DNA of 64,000 bases from Candidatus Bathyarchaeota archaeon (GTDB taxonomy: Archaea; Thermoproteota; Bathyarchaeia; Bathyarchaeales; Bathycorpusculaceae), in contig CAWEPZ010000011.1 of the NCBI GenBank assembly GCA_963811105.1, forward strand, positions 1,344,001 through 1,408,000, read 5' to 3'. The notes below the pieces were generated by a model. The model had not been told where the DNA came from. It worked only from the letters and a program-made list of their open reading frames with translations, and searched no databases. A program made the translations under genes and the position numbers. Below are positions 27,387 through 37,342 of the stretch, piece after piece (position 1 is the first letter of the stretch; each line of letters opens with the position of its first letter).

Positions 27387-30029
27387 ATGGAGAAAAAGAA
27401 AATGCAAAATTCAAGAATTAAAGGAAAGACTCTCGTAATCGCTATTGTTGTTCTTTTGATGACTTCCGCTATCTTAATGGATGTCAAAGTTCAAACCGTT
27501 CAAGCACAACTTGCAGCGAAGCAGCCGTACAGTGGACCACTAAAAACCGGCGATATCGCGGACGGAACCTTCCACAGTGAAATTTCAATCAGCGCTCGAC
27601 CCAAACTCGTAGGCCTTGGCCAAGAAGTCCTAGTCAACATGTGGGTCACACCCGCAGCCGCAGCAGGTCGCAAACTTCTGGGTTACCATGTGACAATCAC
27701 CAAACCAGACGGAACTACAGACCAAATGACGCTGGATTCCGAAAGAGATACCGCAGCTACATGGTTTGACTACTATCCAGACCAAGTTGGCGAATACAAG
27801 TACAAAGTCGATTTCCCAGGAACGTTCCTACCACCTGGCGTCTACAATGACGGAAAAATCTACGTCGACACAGCAGCAGCAGGTGCAGGCTATCAAGGAG
27901 TACCAACAATCTATACAGGCTCAAGCTACTATCTACCCGACTCTAGCCCAGAATACAGCTTCACTGTTCAAAAAGATATGGTAGCATCTTGGGGTGCAGC
28001 CTCGCTACCAACTGACTACTGGACGCGACCTGTGGCGCCAGAACTTAGAGAATGGCTCCCAATCATAGGAGACTGGCCTTGGTATGGACCTGCAGGCGCT
28101 GACTACGCACAACTTTACCCTAACACTAGCCCTGCCTGGAGTCCACGAACTGACTTCTATCCATATGTCCAAGGACCGAGTACCGCGCACATAGCATGGA
28201 AACTAGTGCAAAACATAGCAGGCATTACTGGCTCTGGCAGATATGCCACCTACGGCGCTGAAGGATGGAGCTATGACGTTCCAGCCGCAACCACATCATC
28301 ATCTCCAAGCCAAATTACAATGGTCATTGCAGGACGAGGTTACATGACAGTTCCAAGAGTAAGGTCAGAAATGATCAATGGCACTATTCAGCAAATGGCA
28401 ACGACCGCTTTGGACTGTGTTGACATTCGCACTGGAGAAGTGCTCTGGGAAGTAGACGGATTCACACATTCACAAGGCTTGGCTAGTTTCGGAAGCTGGA
28501 TATTTGGTGGTGCAATCGAGTACCCATCCACGATCGTTTACCTAGACGGCAGCAGACTCTGCAAGTACAATGCAAATACTGGCGCCCAGACACTAAACAT
28601 GTCGATTTCACCGTTAACATCAGCTATTCACTACAAGAATGGATACGCCTTAGGCGTACAAACATTAGGCTCTGGAGCAACAGCAACATACCGACTGATC
28701 AACTTCACCACAGCTGGAACTTCCACCAACTTCACGACTAGAATAGCGGGGAACATTACCTGGCCGATGAGCAGTTTTCCAGCTACTACCGATTTCGATT
28801 TAGGCATAGCTGCTTCGTTTGGACGTGGCTTGATTGGCAATAACGGCAACACTCCTGAAATGAGGCTAATATCCGTGAGCATAACCACAGGCCAAGTGAT
28901 AGTGAACAAATCATTCGCACCAGTAGGCTCAGATGAATTAATGGGCTACAGCGGCGCATCTGACGTTTGCGATCATGGAATATACGCGTTCCTTACGGCT
29001 TGGGGACAATTCAAGGGATTAGACATCAGAACAGGAAATCTAGCGTGGACGACACCTAGAATGGACGCTCCTTGGGATGTAAACGGTTTCGGCGCTTATG
29101 ATACAACATCAGCCTACGGAATGTTCTACAGAGCTGCATACTCGGGTATCTACGCTTTCGACTGGACAAACGGCAACCTAGTGTGGAAATACGAAGCCCC
29201 AGCTATCAGCCCATACGAAACCCCTTACATTGACTCGAACGGAACCACAGTGTACTCTTTCAACGGTGACTGCTATGCTGCAGACGGAAAAATCTACAGT
29301 ATCAACACTGAACACACGCCTACTCAACCCATCACAAGAGGATGGCAACTTCACTGCATTAACGCCACTACTGGCAAAGGGATATTCAAAACAATACTAA
29401 CAGGAAGCATGGGCGCTATCGCTGACGGATACATGGCAATTTCAGAATCGTATACTGGCACATTGTATGTTTTAGGCAAGGGCAAAACCCAGACAACTGT
29501 TAGTGCACCAGACACTGCAGTGTCGCTTGGAACTCCATTGGTAATCAAAGGCTCTGTCATAGACCAATCACCTGCTCAGCCAAACACTCCGTGCGTTTCT
29601 GCAGACTCAATGTCCACTCAGATGGAACACATACACCGACAACTGCCAATCGACGGTATATGGCACAACATAACTCTAACCGGCGTCCCAGTGACATTAA
29701 CAGCAGTTGACTCAAACGGCAACTACCAAGCCATTGGCACAGTAACATCCGACGGCTATTATGGCACATTCAGCAAGACCTGGACTCCACCAATTCAAGG
29801 CGACTATAAGATCATAGCTTCCTTTGCAGGCGACGATTCCTACGGAAGCTCAGGAGCATCAACTTATGTTACAGTGAGCGCGGCCCAATCAACAGCAACC
29901 CAAACACCACAAAATGTACAAGCAGCACCAGATTACACGATGACAATCATAGCCGCAGCAATCGGAATAGCAATAGTAGTAGTAATCTCCGCAATAGCTA
30001 TCGTGCTATTACTCAGAAAACGACCATAA
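27387..30029 (+). CDS. Secreted, C-terminally anchored PQQ-like beta-propeller / Ig-like surface protein
   Basis: Signal peptide, Ig-like N-domain (ITKPDG...YPDQVGEY), repeated D..TG..LW propeller motifs, C-terminal Ig-like domain, T/Q linker, TM and RKRP tail. Confidence 0.82.
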   Translation: MEKKKMQNSRIKGKTLVIAIVVLLMTSAILMDVKVQTVQAQLAAKQPYSGPLKTGDIADGTFHSEISISARPKLVGLGQEVLVNMWVTPAAAAGRKLLGYHVTITKPDGTTDQMTLDSERDTAATWFDYYPDQVGEYKYKVDFPGTFLPPGVYNDGKIYVDTAAAGAGYQGVPTIYTGSSYYLPDSSPEYSFTVQKDMVASWGAASLPTDYWTRPVAPELREWLPIIGDWPWYGPAGADYAQLYPNTSPAWSPRTDFYPYVQGPSTAHIAWKLVQNIAGITGSGRYATYGAEGWSYDVPAATTSSSPSQITMVIAGRGYMTVPRVRSEMINGTIQQMATTALDCVDIRTGEVLWEVDGFTHSQGLASFGSWIFGGAIEYPSTIVYLDGSRLCKYNANTGAQTLNMSISPLTSAIHYKNGYALGVQTLGSGATATYRLINFTTAGTSTNFTTRIAGNITWPMSSFPATTDFDLGIAASFGRGLIGNNGNTPEMRLISVSITTGQVIVNKSFAPVGSDELMGYSGASDVCDHGIYAFLTAWGQFKGLDIRTGNLAWTTPRMDAPWDVNGFGAYDTTSAYGMFYRAAYSGIYAFDWTNGNLVWKYEAPAISPYETPYIDSNGTTVYSFNGDCYAADGKIYSINTEHTPTQPITRGWQLHCINATTGKGIFKTILTGSMGAIADGYMAISESYTGTLYVLGKGKTQTTVSAPDTAVSLGTPLVIKGSVIDQSPAQPNTPCVSADSMSTQMEHIHRQLPIDGIWHNITLTGVPVTLTAVDSNGNYQAIGTVTSDGYYGTFSKTWTPPIQGDYKIIASFAGDDSYGSSGASTYVTVSAAQSTATQTPQNVQAAPDYTMTIIAAAIGIAIVVVISAIAIVLLLRKRP

Positions 30030-30070
30030 AAAAGAGAGAACATAAACAACATCCTCTTCTTTTTTTGTTT
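30028..30070 (+). terminator. Putative terminator
   Basis: AAAAAAGAGAG...CTCTTCTTTTTTTT weak stem plus U-tract immediately after the stop. Confidence 0.5.
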
Positions 30071-30567
30071 TAAACTTAAAATGATTATTTCTGCCTTTGA
30101 TGTTACTATACCTTATGTCATCTGTGGACAACTAACCCGCTTTTGCGCTTAGTGATTCTTTGATATTTGTTTCTTCATTCATTTTTAATGCCCATGTTTC
30201 TATTTGTTGTAGTCTAGTTATTACTCTTTCAGAGGTTTGTTTTTTGACTAACGGCAGCGCTGGCCTCACAATTTTTCAAAAAAAATTTGCCTCAATTCTC
30301 ATCAATCTCATACGACGGTGGTACCATATGATTTTGAATGTAGAAAACAATGTCAATTAAGATTAACTTCAAATCATGTATCTAAATACCCGATTTCCAT
30401 AGGCATCTCTACCCAAGCTTCTGAAGTCGATGGACATAAACCCTTTAGAAAGCGTAAATGGTGAAAGGAAACTCTACATGTTTTCCTTTACTTTGAAAAT
30501 TTAATAAATATTATATATGGCTGTTATTCAGAATGTTTGGATTAGAACTAGTACTGTTGGTGAGTGT

Positions 30568-30963
30568 ATGAGTAAACCAGTTGATGTCGGAGAATTACGC
30601 GTTGGCGGCTACATGATGATTGAAGGCGAACCGTGCCGCATAGTCGATATTGCAAAATCTAAACCTGGTAAACACGGATCAGCCAAAGCAAGAATCGTTG
30701 CAATCGGCGTCTTCGATAAACAAAAAAGACAATTTGTTAAGCCAGTCGATCTTGGCGCCGAAGTTCCCCTAATTGATAAAAGAGCAGGCCAAGTTTTTGC
30801 TATTAACCCAACTGGAATACAAATAATGGATCTTGAAACCTACGAATATTTAGATGCTCCATATCCTGAGGAGGACGAAGTCCCTAAAGCCAAGCTTACC
30901 CCAGGCACCGAAATCGAATACTGGAAAATATTGGGTAGAGTAAAAATCGTTAGAGCAAAATAA
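30568..30963 (+). CDS. eif5a: Translation factor aIF5A
   Basis: Hypusine motif SKPGKHGSAK. Likely start is ATG 30568 after GGTGA. Confidence 0.95.
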   Translation: MSKPVDVGELRVGGYMMIEGEPCRIVDIAKSKPGKHGSAKARIVAIGVFDKQKRQFVKPVDLGAEVPLIDKRAGQVFAINPTGIQIMDLETYEYLDAPYPEEDEVPKAKLTPGTEIEYWKILGRVKIVRAK

Positions 30964-31064
30964 TCAAGCATTATCCTGAAAGATCTTTCCCTCTATCATT
31001 ATTTTACATTTGGTTTTCTGCCAATTTAGTTCTCATTTCTGTTCTTAATGTTGGTTTACAGTTT

Positions 31065-31270
31065 TAGCTCCACCAGTTCAAGCCTAATATCTTGAAGATA
31101 AGATATACTGCTGAAAGAATTACCCCCCAAATTATTGCAATGGTTGCGATAACAAGTATAAGGTTACTTTGTAAGTTAACGTAAAAAGCCCAGTACTTAA
31201 AATACCTAAACCTATAAGCAACAAAAAGAAAATGCTTGCATGGATTACACGTTCTGCTGATATTTAGTAA
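31065..31270 (-). pseudogene. Possible frameshifted small 2-TM membrane protein remnant
   Basis: Hydrophobic helices in two frames (IFFLLLIGLGILSTGLF; LILVIATIAIIWGVILSAVYLIFKILGLNWWS*) with no usable start codon. Confidence 0.3.
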
Positions 31271-31351
31271 GCCTAATTACTCATGTTTATTTACGTGTAT
31301 TGTTAACAGATTTTCTATCAATGTTTATTTTCTAGTTGGAGCCTTCTGTGG

Positions 31352-31420
31352 TGAAGCCAATGATGCATGAAGAGCCGTCTGAATTGTGAAGAATAAATTT
31401 AATGGGGAACTGAGGCTTCA
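31352..31420 (+). ncRNA. Box C/D sRNA (2'-O-methylation guide)
   Basis: Perfect 7-bp terminal stem TGAAGCC/GGCTTCA, C box ATGATGC (31360), D' CTGA (31379), C' GTGAAGA (31386) and D CTGA (31410). Intergenic. Confidence 0.72.
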
Positions 31421-31534
31421 ACCAACAAAAAAAAGCTTCACAAAAAATAGTTGTTTAAAATTAGGTTTATTTCGATGTTTTTTAGCTTAATCTTTATTTA
31501 AAAGGATTATAGACTGTTTAGGCTGGAGACTCTG

Positions 31535-32881
31535 ATGGCGCTAGACAAGTTAGGTTCTTCTCTAACAGATGCTATAAAGAAACTGTTTAAGGTTGGCGTA
31601 GTGGACGAAGCCGCAGTGAAGGAACTTGTCCGCGACATACAAAGAGCGTTGCTCCAATCAGATGTTAATGTTAACCTTGTCCTCGAAATATCAAAGCGCA
31701 TAGAAGAACGAGCCCTAAAAGAAAAAGTTCCCCCAGGCATTTCAAGACGAGAGCATGTGATAAAAGTTGTTTACGAAGAACTAACTCGCTTTGTAGGTGA
31801 TAAGCCTGTTCCACTCAAAGCGGAGCCAGGCAAAAGAAAAATCATAATGCTTGTCGGAATCCAAGGCTCAGGAAAAACCACCCACGCGGCAAAACTCGCA
31901 CGGTACTTCCAAAAGAGAGGGCTAAAGCCCGCTTTAATTTGCGCTGACACTTTTCGCCCAGGCGCATATGCTCAGCTCCAGCAATTAGCCGCTAGAATAA
32001 ACATTCCTATTTACGGCGACGTAAAGGCGAAAGACCCAGTTAAGGTCGTCAGGGAAGGGTTGAAACAATTCGCCGATAAGGACCTATTAATTGTTGACAC
32101 ATCAGGCAGGCACAAAGAAGAGAAAGATCTGATCAAAGAGATGAAAGATCTTGAAAAGAACATCAAGCCTGACGAAGTCATCCTGGTTATTGACGGAACC
32201 ATTGGCCAACAAGCCCTTATCCAAGCCAAAGCATTCCATGAAGCAACACCAATAGGGGCAATAATCGTTACGAAACTTGACGGTTCTTCTCGTGGAGGAG
32301 GCGCACTCTCAGCAGTCGCAGCAACCGGCGCACCAATAAAGTTTATTGGCACTGGCGAAAAAATCGAAGATATCGAATCATTTATTCCCTCACGCTTTGT
32401 TGGCCGACTCTTAGGCATGGGCGATTTGGAAACCCTTTTGGAAAAAGTTCATGACGCCGAAATTAAGGTTCCACAGAAGAAAGCTAAAGAAATACTCAGC
32501 GGCAACTTTACTCTAACAGATATGTATGAACAATTTGCAGCTGTCAAAGGGATGGGTCCATTTAAAAAAGTGCTTCAGATGTTGCCAGGGATGTCCTCTA
32601 ATGTGCCAGACGAAATGTTGAATTCCGCTGAAGGTCGCTTGGATAAATGGCAAGTAATAATTCAGTCCATGACACCTAAGGAAAAAGAAAACCCGAAGCT
32701 ATTGAACTCCTCCAGAGCAAGACGAATAGCACACGGCTCCGGAACAACAGAAAAAGACGTCAAAGAATTAGTAAAACAGTATTTTCTGATGCGTAAAATG
32801 CTCAAGACGTTTAAACGTAGAAAGAAACTGCCCTTCGGGCTTGGCGGAAAAGGAATGCCCGCGAATTTTCCAGTAGGCTAA
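31535..32881 (+). CDS. srp54: Signal recognition particle protein SRP54
   Basis: GIQGSGKTT, DTFRPGA, DTSGRH, TKLDG..RGGGALS and M-domain (IIQSMT.KE, SRARRIAHGSG). Confidence 0.96.
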   Translation: MALDKLGSSLTDAIKKLFKVGVVDEAAVKELVRDIQRALLQSDVNVNLVLEISKRIEERALKEKVPPGISRREHVIKVVYEELTRFVGDKPVPLKAEPGKRKIIMLVGIQGSGKTTHAAKLARYFQKRGLKPALICADTFRPGAYAQLQQLAARINIPIYGDVKAKDPVKVVREGLKQFADKDLLIVDTSGRHKEEKDLIKEMKDLEKNIKPDEVILVIDGTIGQQALIQAKAFHEATPIGAIIVTKLDGSSRGGGALSAVAATGAPIKFIGTGEKIEDIESFIPSRFVGRLLGMGDLETLLEKVHDAEIKVPQKKAKEILSGNFTLTDMYEQFAAVKGMGPFKKVLQMLPGMSSNVPDEMLNSAEGRLDKWQVIIQSMTPKEKENPKLLNSSRARRIAHGSGTTEKDVKELVKQYFLMRKMLKTFKRRKKLPFGLGGKGMPANFPVG

Positions 32882-32886
32882 AAGAC

Positions 32887-34218
32887 ATGGATATTTTAGA
32901 AAAAGCGTTTGAACTTCTTAGCAAATACCCCCTTTGTAACCATTGTCTTGGACGACAATTTGCCTTGCTTGGTTACAGCATGGAAAACAACGTACGAGGT
33001 TCTTCATTAAAAATCAATTTAACCTTACAAGCAAACGACCTTGTAAAAGAAAAGAAAATAGAAGGCATTGAACAGCTTAAAATTTTGGCGACAAATGGTT
33101 TTTCAAGAGAAGCCCAAGAAACCTTAAAACACCTAAAAAAACGCGTTCCAAAAGCCCTAGAAACAAAATGTTATCTTTGTGAAGGCAAATTTGAGCTTGT
33201 TAGCAGCTTAACCGATAAAGCATTAGCTGCAATTGAGGGCTATGAATATTCCACATTTCTAATCGGTATTGAATTGCCACTTAAGATTGAGGAAAGTGAA
33301 GACGAGTTTAAAGCCGTCTTCAACCTTGGCTACAGCGAAAGTATCAAACATGAGTTCGGACGACTACTTGGCAAAGCCCTCGCCGAACGCAGCGGCAAAG
33401 AGGCAAATTACTTAATCCCTGACATAGTCCCAGTAATAAACCCCTTTCAAGAGAAAGTGCACATTCAAGTTAACCCGCTTTTTGTCGCAGGCAGATACCG
33501 CAAGCTAGTGCGTACAATTCCACAATCAAAATGGTTCTGTTCAACCTGCCGTGGAAGAGGCTGCGAAAAATGCGGTGGAACAGGAAAAATGTATCCTGAA
33601 TCGGTTGAGGAGTTATCTTCAAAACCACTGTTAGAAGCAACTTTAGGCGAAAAATCCTCATTTCATGCTTCTGGCCGCGAAGACATCGACGCACGCATGT
33701 TGGGCACAGGGCGACCTTTTGTTATCGAGGTTTCTAAACCCAAGAAACGATTTATCGACTTAAAAGAAATTGAAGCCAAAATCAACGCCGATGCAATGGG
33801 AAAAGTTCAAGTTTCAAAGTTGCATTTTACCAATAAGGACGTTGTTAGACGGCTCAAAAAGGGCGAAGGCTCCCAGAAGGAATACCGTTTACTAGCTGAG
33901 TTTGAGAAGCCAATTTCCGACGAGAACTTGCATTTGTTGGAAGAAAAGCTCAGCGGCGCTTCAATAAACCAGCAAACGCCTATTCGTGTCATGCATAGAA
34001 GGGCGGATTTGACCCGAGAAAGGTACATATATAAGGTTAAAGTTAAGAAGGTGTCGCTTAAGAGGGCTCTGATGCAAATTCACTGTCAAGGCGGCCTTTA
34101 TGTCAAAGAATTGGTGTCTGGAGATGAAGGAAGAACAATACCGAACGTTTCAGATTTGCTCGGAAACAGAGCGAAGACGCTTAAGCTTGACGTTCTAAAA
34201 GTAATTATGGATGATTAA
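32887..34218 (+). CDS. pus10: tRNA pseudouridine(54/55) synthase Pus10
   Basis: LCNHCLGRQFA, GRYRKLVRTIPQ, FHASGREDIDARMLG.GRPF and GGLYVKEL. Confidence 0.93.
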   Translation: MDILEKAFELLSKYPLCNHCLGRQFALLGYSMENNVRGSSLKINLTLQANDLVKEKKIEGIEQLKILATNGFSREAQETLKHLKKRVPKALETKCYLCEGKFELVSSLTDKALAAIEGYEYSTFLIGIELPLKIEESEDEFKAVFNLGYSESIKHEFGRLLGKALAERSGKEANYLIPDIVPVINPFQEKVHIQVNPLFVAGRYRKLVRTIPQSKWFCSTCRGRGCEKCGGTGKMYPESVEELSSKPLLEATLGEKSSFHASGREDIDARMLGTGRPFVIEVSKPKKRFIDLKEIEAKINADAMGKVQVSKLHFTNKDVVRRLKKGEGSQKEYRLLAEFEKPISDENLHLLEEKLSGASINQQTPIRVMHRRADLTRERYIYKVKVKKVSLKRALMQIHCQGGLYVKELVSGDEGRTIPNVSDLLGNRAKTLKLDVLKVIMDD

Positions 34219-34236
34219 GGAAAAGGTGAAAATTAG

Positions 34237-34539
34237 ATGAAAGGTTCAAAAGGATATTATACTGGCACTCGCAGCTTACTAAAAAAGCAAACCAGGGAAA
34301 AAGGTAAACCAAAAATTGGCAAGATACTTCAAGACTACGCGCCTGGTTCTCAAGTGATAATAAGGATGGACTCTAGCACGCAGAAAAGCATGCCTCACAA
34401 ACGATTCCATGGTAAGATAGGAACAATCATAGCGAAACGAGGACGCGGCTACGTGATTAGCGTTCCACAAGGAAACAGTGTTAAGCAAATCATTACTCGC
34501 TCTGAACATATAGAAGGGTACATGGGTAGTGGAGAATAA
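34237..34539 (+). CDS. rpl21e: 50S ribosomal protein L21e
   Basis: SKGYYTGTRSLL and MPHKRFHGKIG, in the pus10-rpl21e-rpo4-DUF655-ksgA order. Confidence 0.93.
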   Translation: MKGSKGYYTGTRSLLKKQTREKGKPKIGKILQDYAPGSQVIIRMDSSTQKSMPHKRFHGKIGTIIAKRGRGYVISVPQGNSVKQIITRSEHIEGYMGSGE

Positions 34540-34877
34540 TGAGTAAGCGAGAAGTAAGCGAAAACCGTTTGACACTACCACAGGTTAAGAAAGTATTGGA
34601 AACTATTGGCGAAGAAAACCTTGACCAATTCCAACGACGAACATTAGATTATGTAAACAAATTCTCTAAAGTTGATCCTGAAAAAGCCGAAGAGCTTTTG
34701 CAGACTCTAGTAAAGGAATATGAAATTGATGAGGCGGAAGCAATTCAAATAATAAATTGCATGCCTGAAACTGTTGATGAGTTGAGAGTCTTCTTAGCTG
34801 GCGGACGCAAGATCATTGAGACAGCAAAATTACACTCTATAGTTGCACTTCTGAATGAGAATAGGACTTTGAAGTAG
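34539..34877 (+). CDS. rpo4: RNA polymerase subunit Rpo4 (RpoF)
   Basis: FQRRTLDYVNKFSK and AIQIINCMPETVDELR, plus conserved context. Confidence 0.9.
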   Translation: MSKREVSENRLTLPQVKKVLETIGEENLDQFQRRTLDYVNKFSKVDPEKAEELLQTLVKEYEIDEAEAIQIINCMPETVDELRVFLAGGRKIIETAKLHSIVALLNENRTLK

Positions 34878-34930
34878 AGGAAGCAACTAAGTATTTTTAA
34901 GCAGTAATCCTCAATAGACTGTAAGGCTTA

Positions 34931-35506
34931 GTGACTATTATGGAAAAGCGGTATGAAGAGTACGCCTACGTCTTAGACTTTTTGTCGCATGGAAAGCCAG
35001 GGTTCCGTCCAACTGGACGAGCTGGTTACAGAGCAGGAGCTCTAATTCAATGCGTCGGTGAAGAGTTCTTTACGCTTTTGGAGGCCTTGGTAAAGGAGGA
35101 TTTGCTACTTAAGCCAGGCGACCGCGTTTACGTTGGAAAAGAATCTCGAGAAGAAGTTACATACATTATCGGGCGCATTGGCTATGAAGAATTAACCGCT
35201 TCTGCAAAAGCCGAGCTTCCAAGTGTAGTAAGCAAAATAGTGTCGAACAAGGAGAATTGGTTCGTAAATTTCTTCAATACGGCACGAGCAATTACTCCTC
35301 GAATGCATGCTTTGGAACTTGTTCCAGGTATCGGCAAGAAGTACATGTGGCAGGTTATTAACGATCGTGAACGAAAGCCATTTGAAAGCTTTGCCGACTT
35401 GCAAAAACGAACTGAATTGCCTAATCCTGTTAAGTTGATTACTAAGCGAGTTATGGAAGAACTTGAGGGCGACAGCAAGTACCGTTTGTTCACTCGCTCG
35501 CAATAA
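34931..35506 (+). CDS. DUF655 predicted RNA-binding protein
   Basis: EEYAYVLDFL, GEEFFTLLE and HhH motif ITPRMHALELVPGIGKK. Confidence 0.9.
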   Translation: MTIMEKRYEEYAYVLDFLSHGKPGFRPTGRAGYRAGALIQCVGEEFFTLLEALVKEDLLLKPGDRVYVGKESREEVTYIIGRIGYEELTASAKAELPSVVSKIVSNKENWFVNFFNTARAITPRMHALELVPGIGKKYMWQVINDRERKPFESFADLQKRTELPNPVKLITKRVMEELEGDSKYRLFTRSQ

Positions 35507-35517
35507 GGCGTCAAGCG

Positions 35518-36336
35518 ATGAGCCTTGAGGAAACGAAGCGGTTGCTTCGAACCCATCGAATTACCCCGAACAAGCTTTTAGGGCAAAACTTCATGATTAA
35601 GCCTTCATTTTACGAAAAGATGTGCATTTATGCTGATCTTAAGGCTTCAGATGTAGTGTTGGATGTTGGCGCAGGCTTCGGTTTTCTAAGCTGTTTTTTG
35701 GCTGATAAATGCAAGAGCGTAATTGCTGTTGAGAAGGACCCGCAGGTTGCAGGAGTTCTTCGTGAACAAGTCCAAGGCATCGACAATGTGACTGTAATTC
35801 AGGGCGATGTGCTTAAGGTAGTTTTGCCTGAGTTTAACAAGGTCATAGCAATCCCCCCTTACTACCTCTCCTCTCATCTACTAACGTGGCTTTTTGAACA
35901 CAGATTAGACTGTGCAGTGTTGATTCTGCAGAAAGAATTTGCAAATCGATTAATAGCACTTGCAGGCAGTGAGGATTATAGTTGGTTAACAGTTATTACA
36001 TGTCAGCATGCTGAGGCTGAAGTTTTGGACGCGGTTCCTAAAGAAATGTTTTATCCCCCACCAAAAGTGGATTCACTAATTGCTAAACTAAAGCCTTTCA
36101 GTAAAAGTTCATTTGAAGTTAAAGACGAACTTTTTTTTAAGCAAATGGTAAAGTGGCTTTTTACTGAACGAAACAGAAAGTTAGGCAAAGCACTAACGCC
36201 TTTCTTGAAGGCCACATTTAAGCTATGCAAACAAGATGCAGAAAAGCTTTCCCTTGCAGTGCCATTTCTCGAAAGGCGCGCCCGAGAACTATCGCCTAAA
36301 GATTTTGGAGCAATAGCAAATGCAATTTGCAATTAA
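35518..36336 (+). CDS. rsmA: 16S rRNA adenine dimethyltransferase
   Basis: LGQNF, VLDVGAGFG, VEKD, IPPYYLSS, LQKEFA.RL and FYPPPKVDS. Confidence 0.92.
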   Translation: MSLEETKRLLRTHRITPNKLLGQNFMIKPSFYEKMCIYADLKASDVVLDVGAGFGFLSCFLADKCKSVIAVEKDPQVAGVLREQVQGIDNVTVIQGDVLKVVLPEFNKVIAIPPYYLSSHLLTWLFEHRLDCAVLILQKEFANRLIALAGSEDYSWLTVITCQHAEAEVLDAVPKEMFYPPPKVDSLIAKLKPFSKSSFEVKDELFFKQMVKWLFTERNRKLGKALTPFLKATFKLCKQDAEKLSLAVPFLERRARELSPKDFGAIANAICN

Positions 36337-36934
36337 GCGAGTAACATTTGGCAATTATGCCTTTAACATTTGGGAGAATGTTTACGAGCCAGCCGAGGAC
36401 TCATTTCTCTTCGCTGAAAATCTAGATGTTGTGAAAGACTCACAAGTATTAGATTTGGGTACCGGTTGTGGCATGCTTGGCATATTGGCTGCAGAAATAG
36501 CTACGGGTGTGATCGCAGTTGATCTAAATCCATATGCTGTTCGATGTGCCAAGGAGAATTCAGCGCTCAACAATGTACGCGGCAAAATGGCTTTCATACA
36601 AGCTGACCTATTAACCGCTTTTAATGAGAACGATAATTTTGACCTGATTCTTTTTAATGCTCCCTACCTGCCTGCAGCTGAGAATGAAACTGAATCTTGG
36701 ATTGGACGATCATGGGCAGGAGGAATAAATGGACGCCAAGTAATTGACCGCTTTATCACCCAGGCACCTTCACATTTGAAACCCAACGGTCGGATTCTCT
36801 TAATGCAATCGACGCTAACAAACTTGGAAGAAACGTTACGTAAACTTGACCAACTGGGTCTTAAGGCAAGCCAAAAAGCTGAACAAAAACTGCCTTTTTT
36901 TGAGACTATAACACTTATAGAAGCCAGAAGTTAA
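36320..36934 (+). CDS. HemK2/PrmC-like release factor glutamine methyltransferase
   Basis: VYEPAEDSFL, LDLGTGCG, FNAPYLP and WAGG.NGR.VI. Confidence 0.88.
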   Translation: MQFAIKRVTFGNYAFNIWENVYEPAEDSFLFAENLDVVKDSQVLDLGTGCGMLGILAAEIATGVIAVDLNPYAVRCAKENSALNNVRGKMAFIQADLLTAFNENDNFDLILFNAPYLPAAENETESWIGRSWAGGINGRQVIDRFITQAPSHLKPNGRILLMQSTLTNLEETLRKLDQLGLKASQKAEQKLPFFETITLIEARS

Positions 36935-37012
36935 CATTGTGGAGGTATATGATGCCTGTGGGTTTTGAAAAGCAAATAAAGGTAAGTATCATTGGTTATT
37001 GTGGTGAGTAAG

Positions 37013-37342
37013 ATGACGCTTTGGTTTTATGTTAAAACACAAGATGAACCGAACGCTGTTGGAGAAATTGTTTGCAGCTTCAACGTAACGGAAGGGAAGC
37101 ATCCTGGAGATAAGTACTCTTGGATTATGGAACCGGGAAAAGATGAGCCTGGTTACTGGGAAATTAAAGGCAAATATGCTCGCCTAAAAGACCTCACAGA
37201 AATAGGTATCGTTTACCGAATAGGCGACACCGTGGTTTTGGCGGAAATTGATGATGACTTAGCTCCAGACTTAATAGACCCATTAATAACCAAGTATGGG
37301 TTTGATAACGTTAAGTGGATTGCTGTTCCAAAAATGGAATAG
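37013..37342 (+). CDS. Hypothetical protein
   Basis: Plausible globular ORF with ATG at 37013. No recognisable motif. Confidence 0.6.
   Translation: MTLWFYVKTQDEPNAVGEIVCSFNVTEGKHPGDKYSWIMEPGKDEPGYWEIKGKYARLKDLTEIGIVYRIGDTVVLAEIDDDLAPDLIDPLITKYGFDNVKWIAVPKME

Noticed and set aside
26105-31535. Integrated mobile element or genomic island around the beta-propeller gene
   Set aside because: No integrase, transposase, terminal repeats or att duplication seen, and the core gene aIF5A lies within the span.
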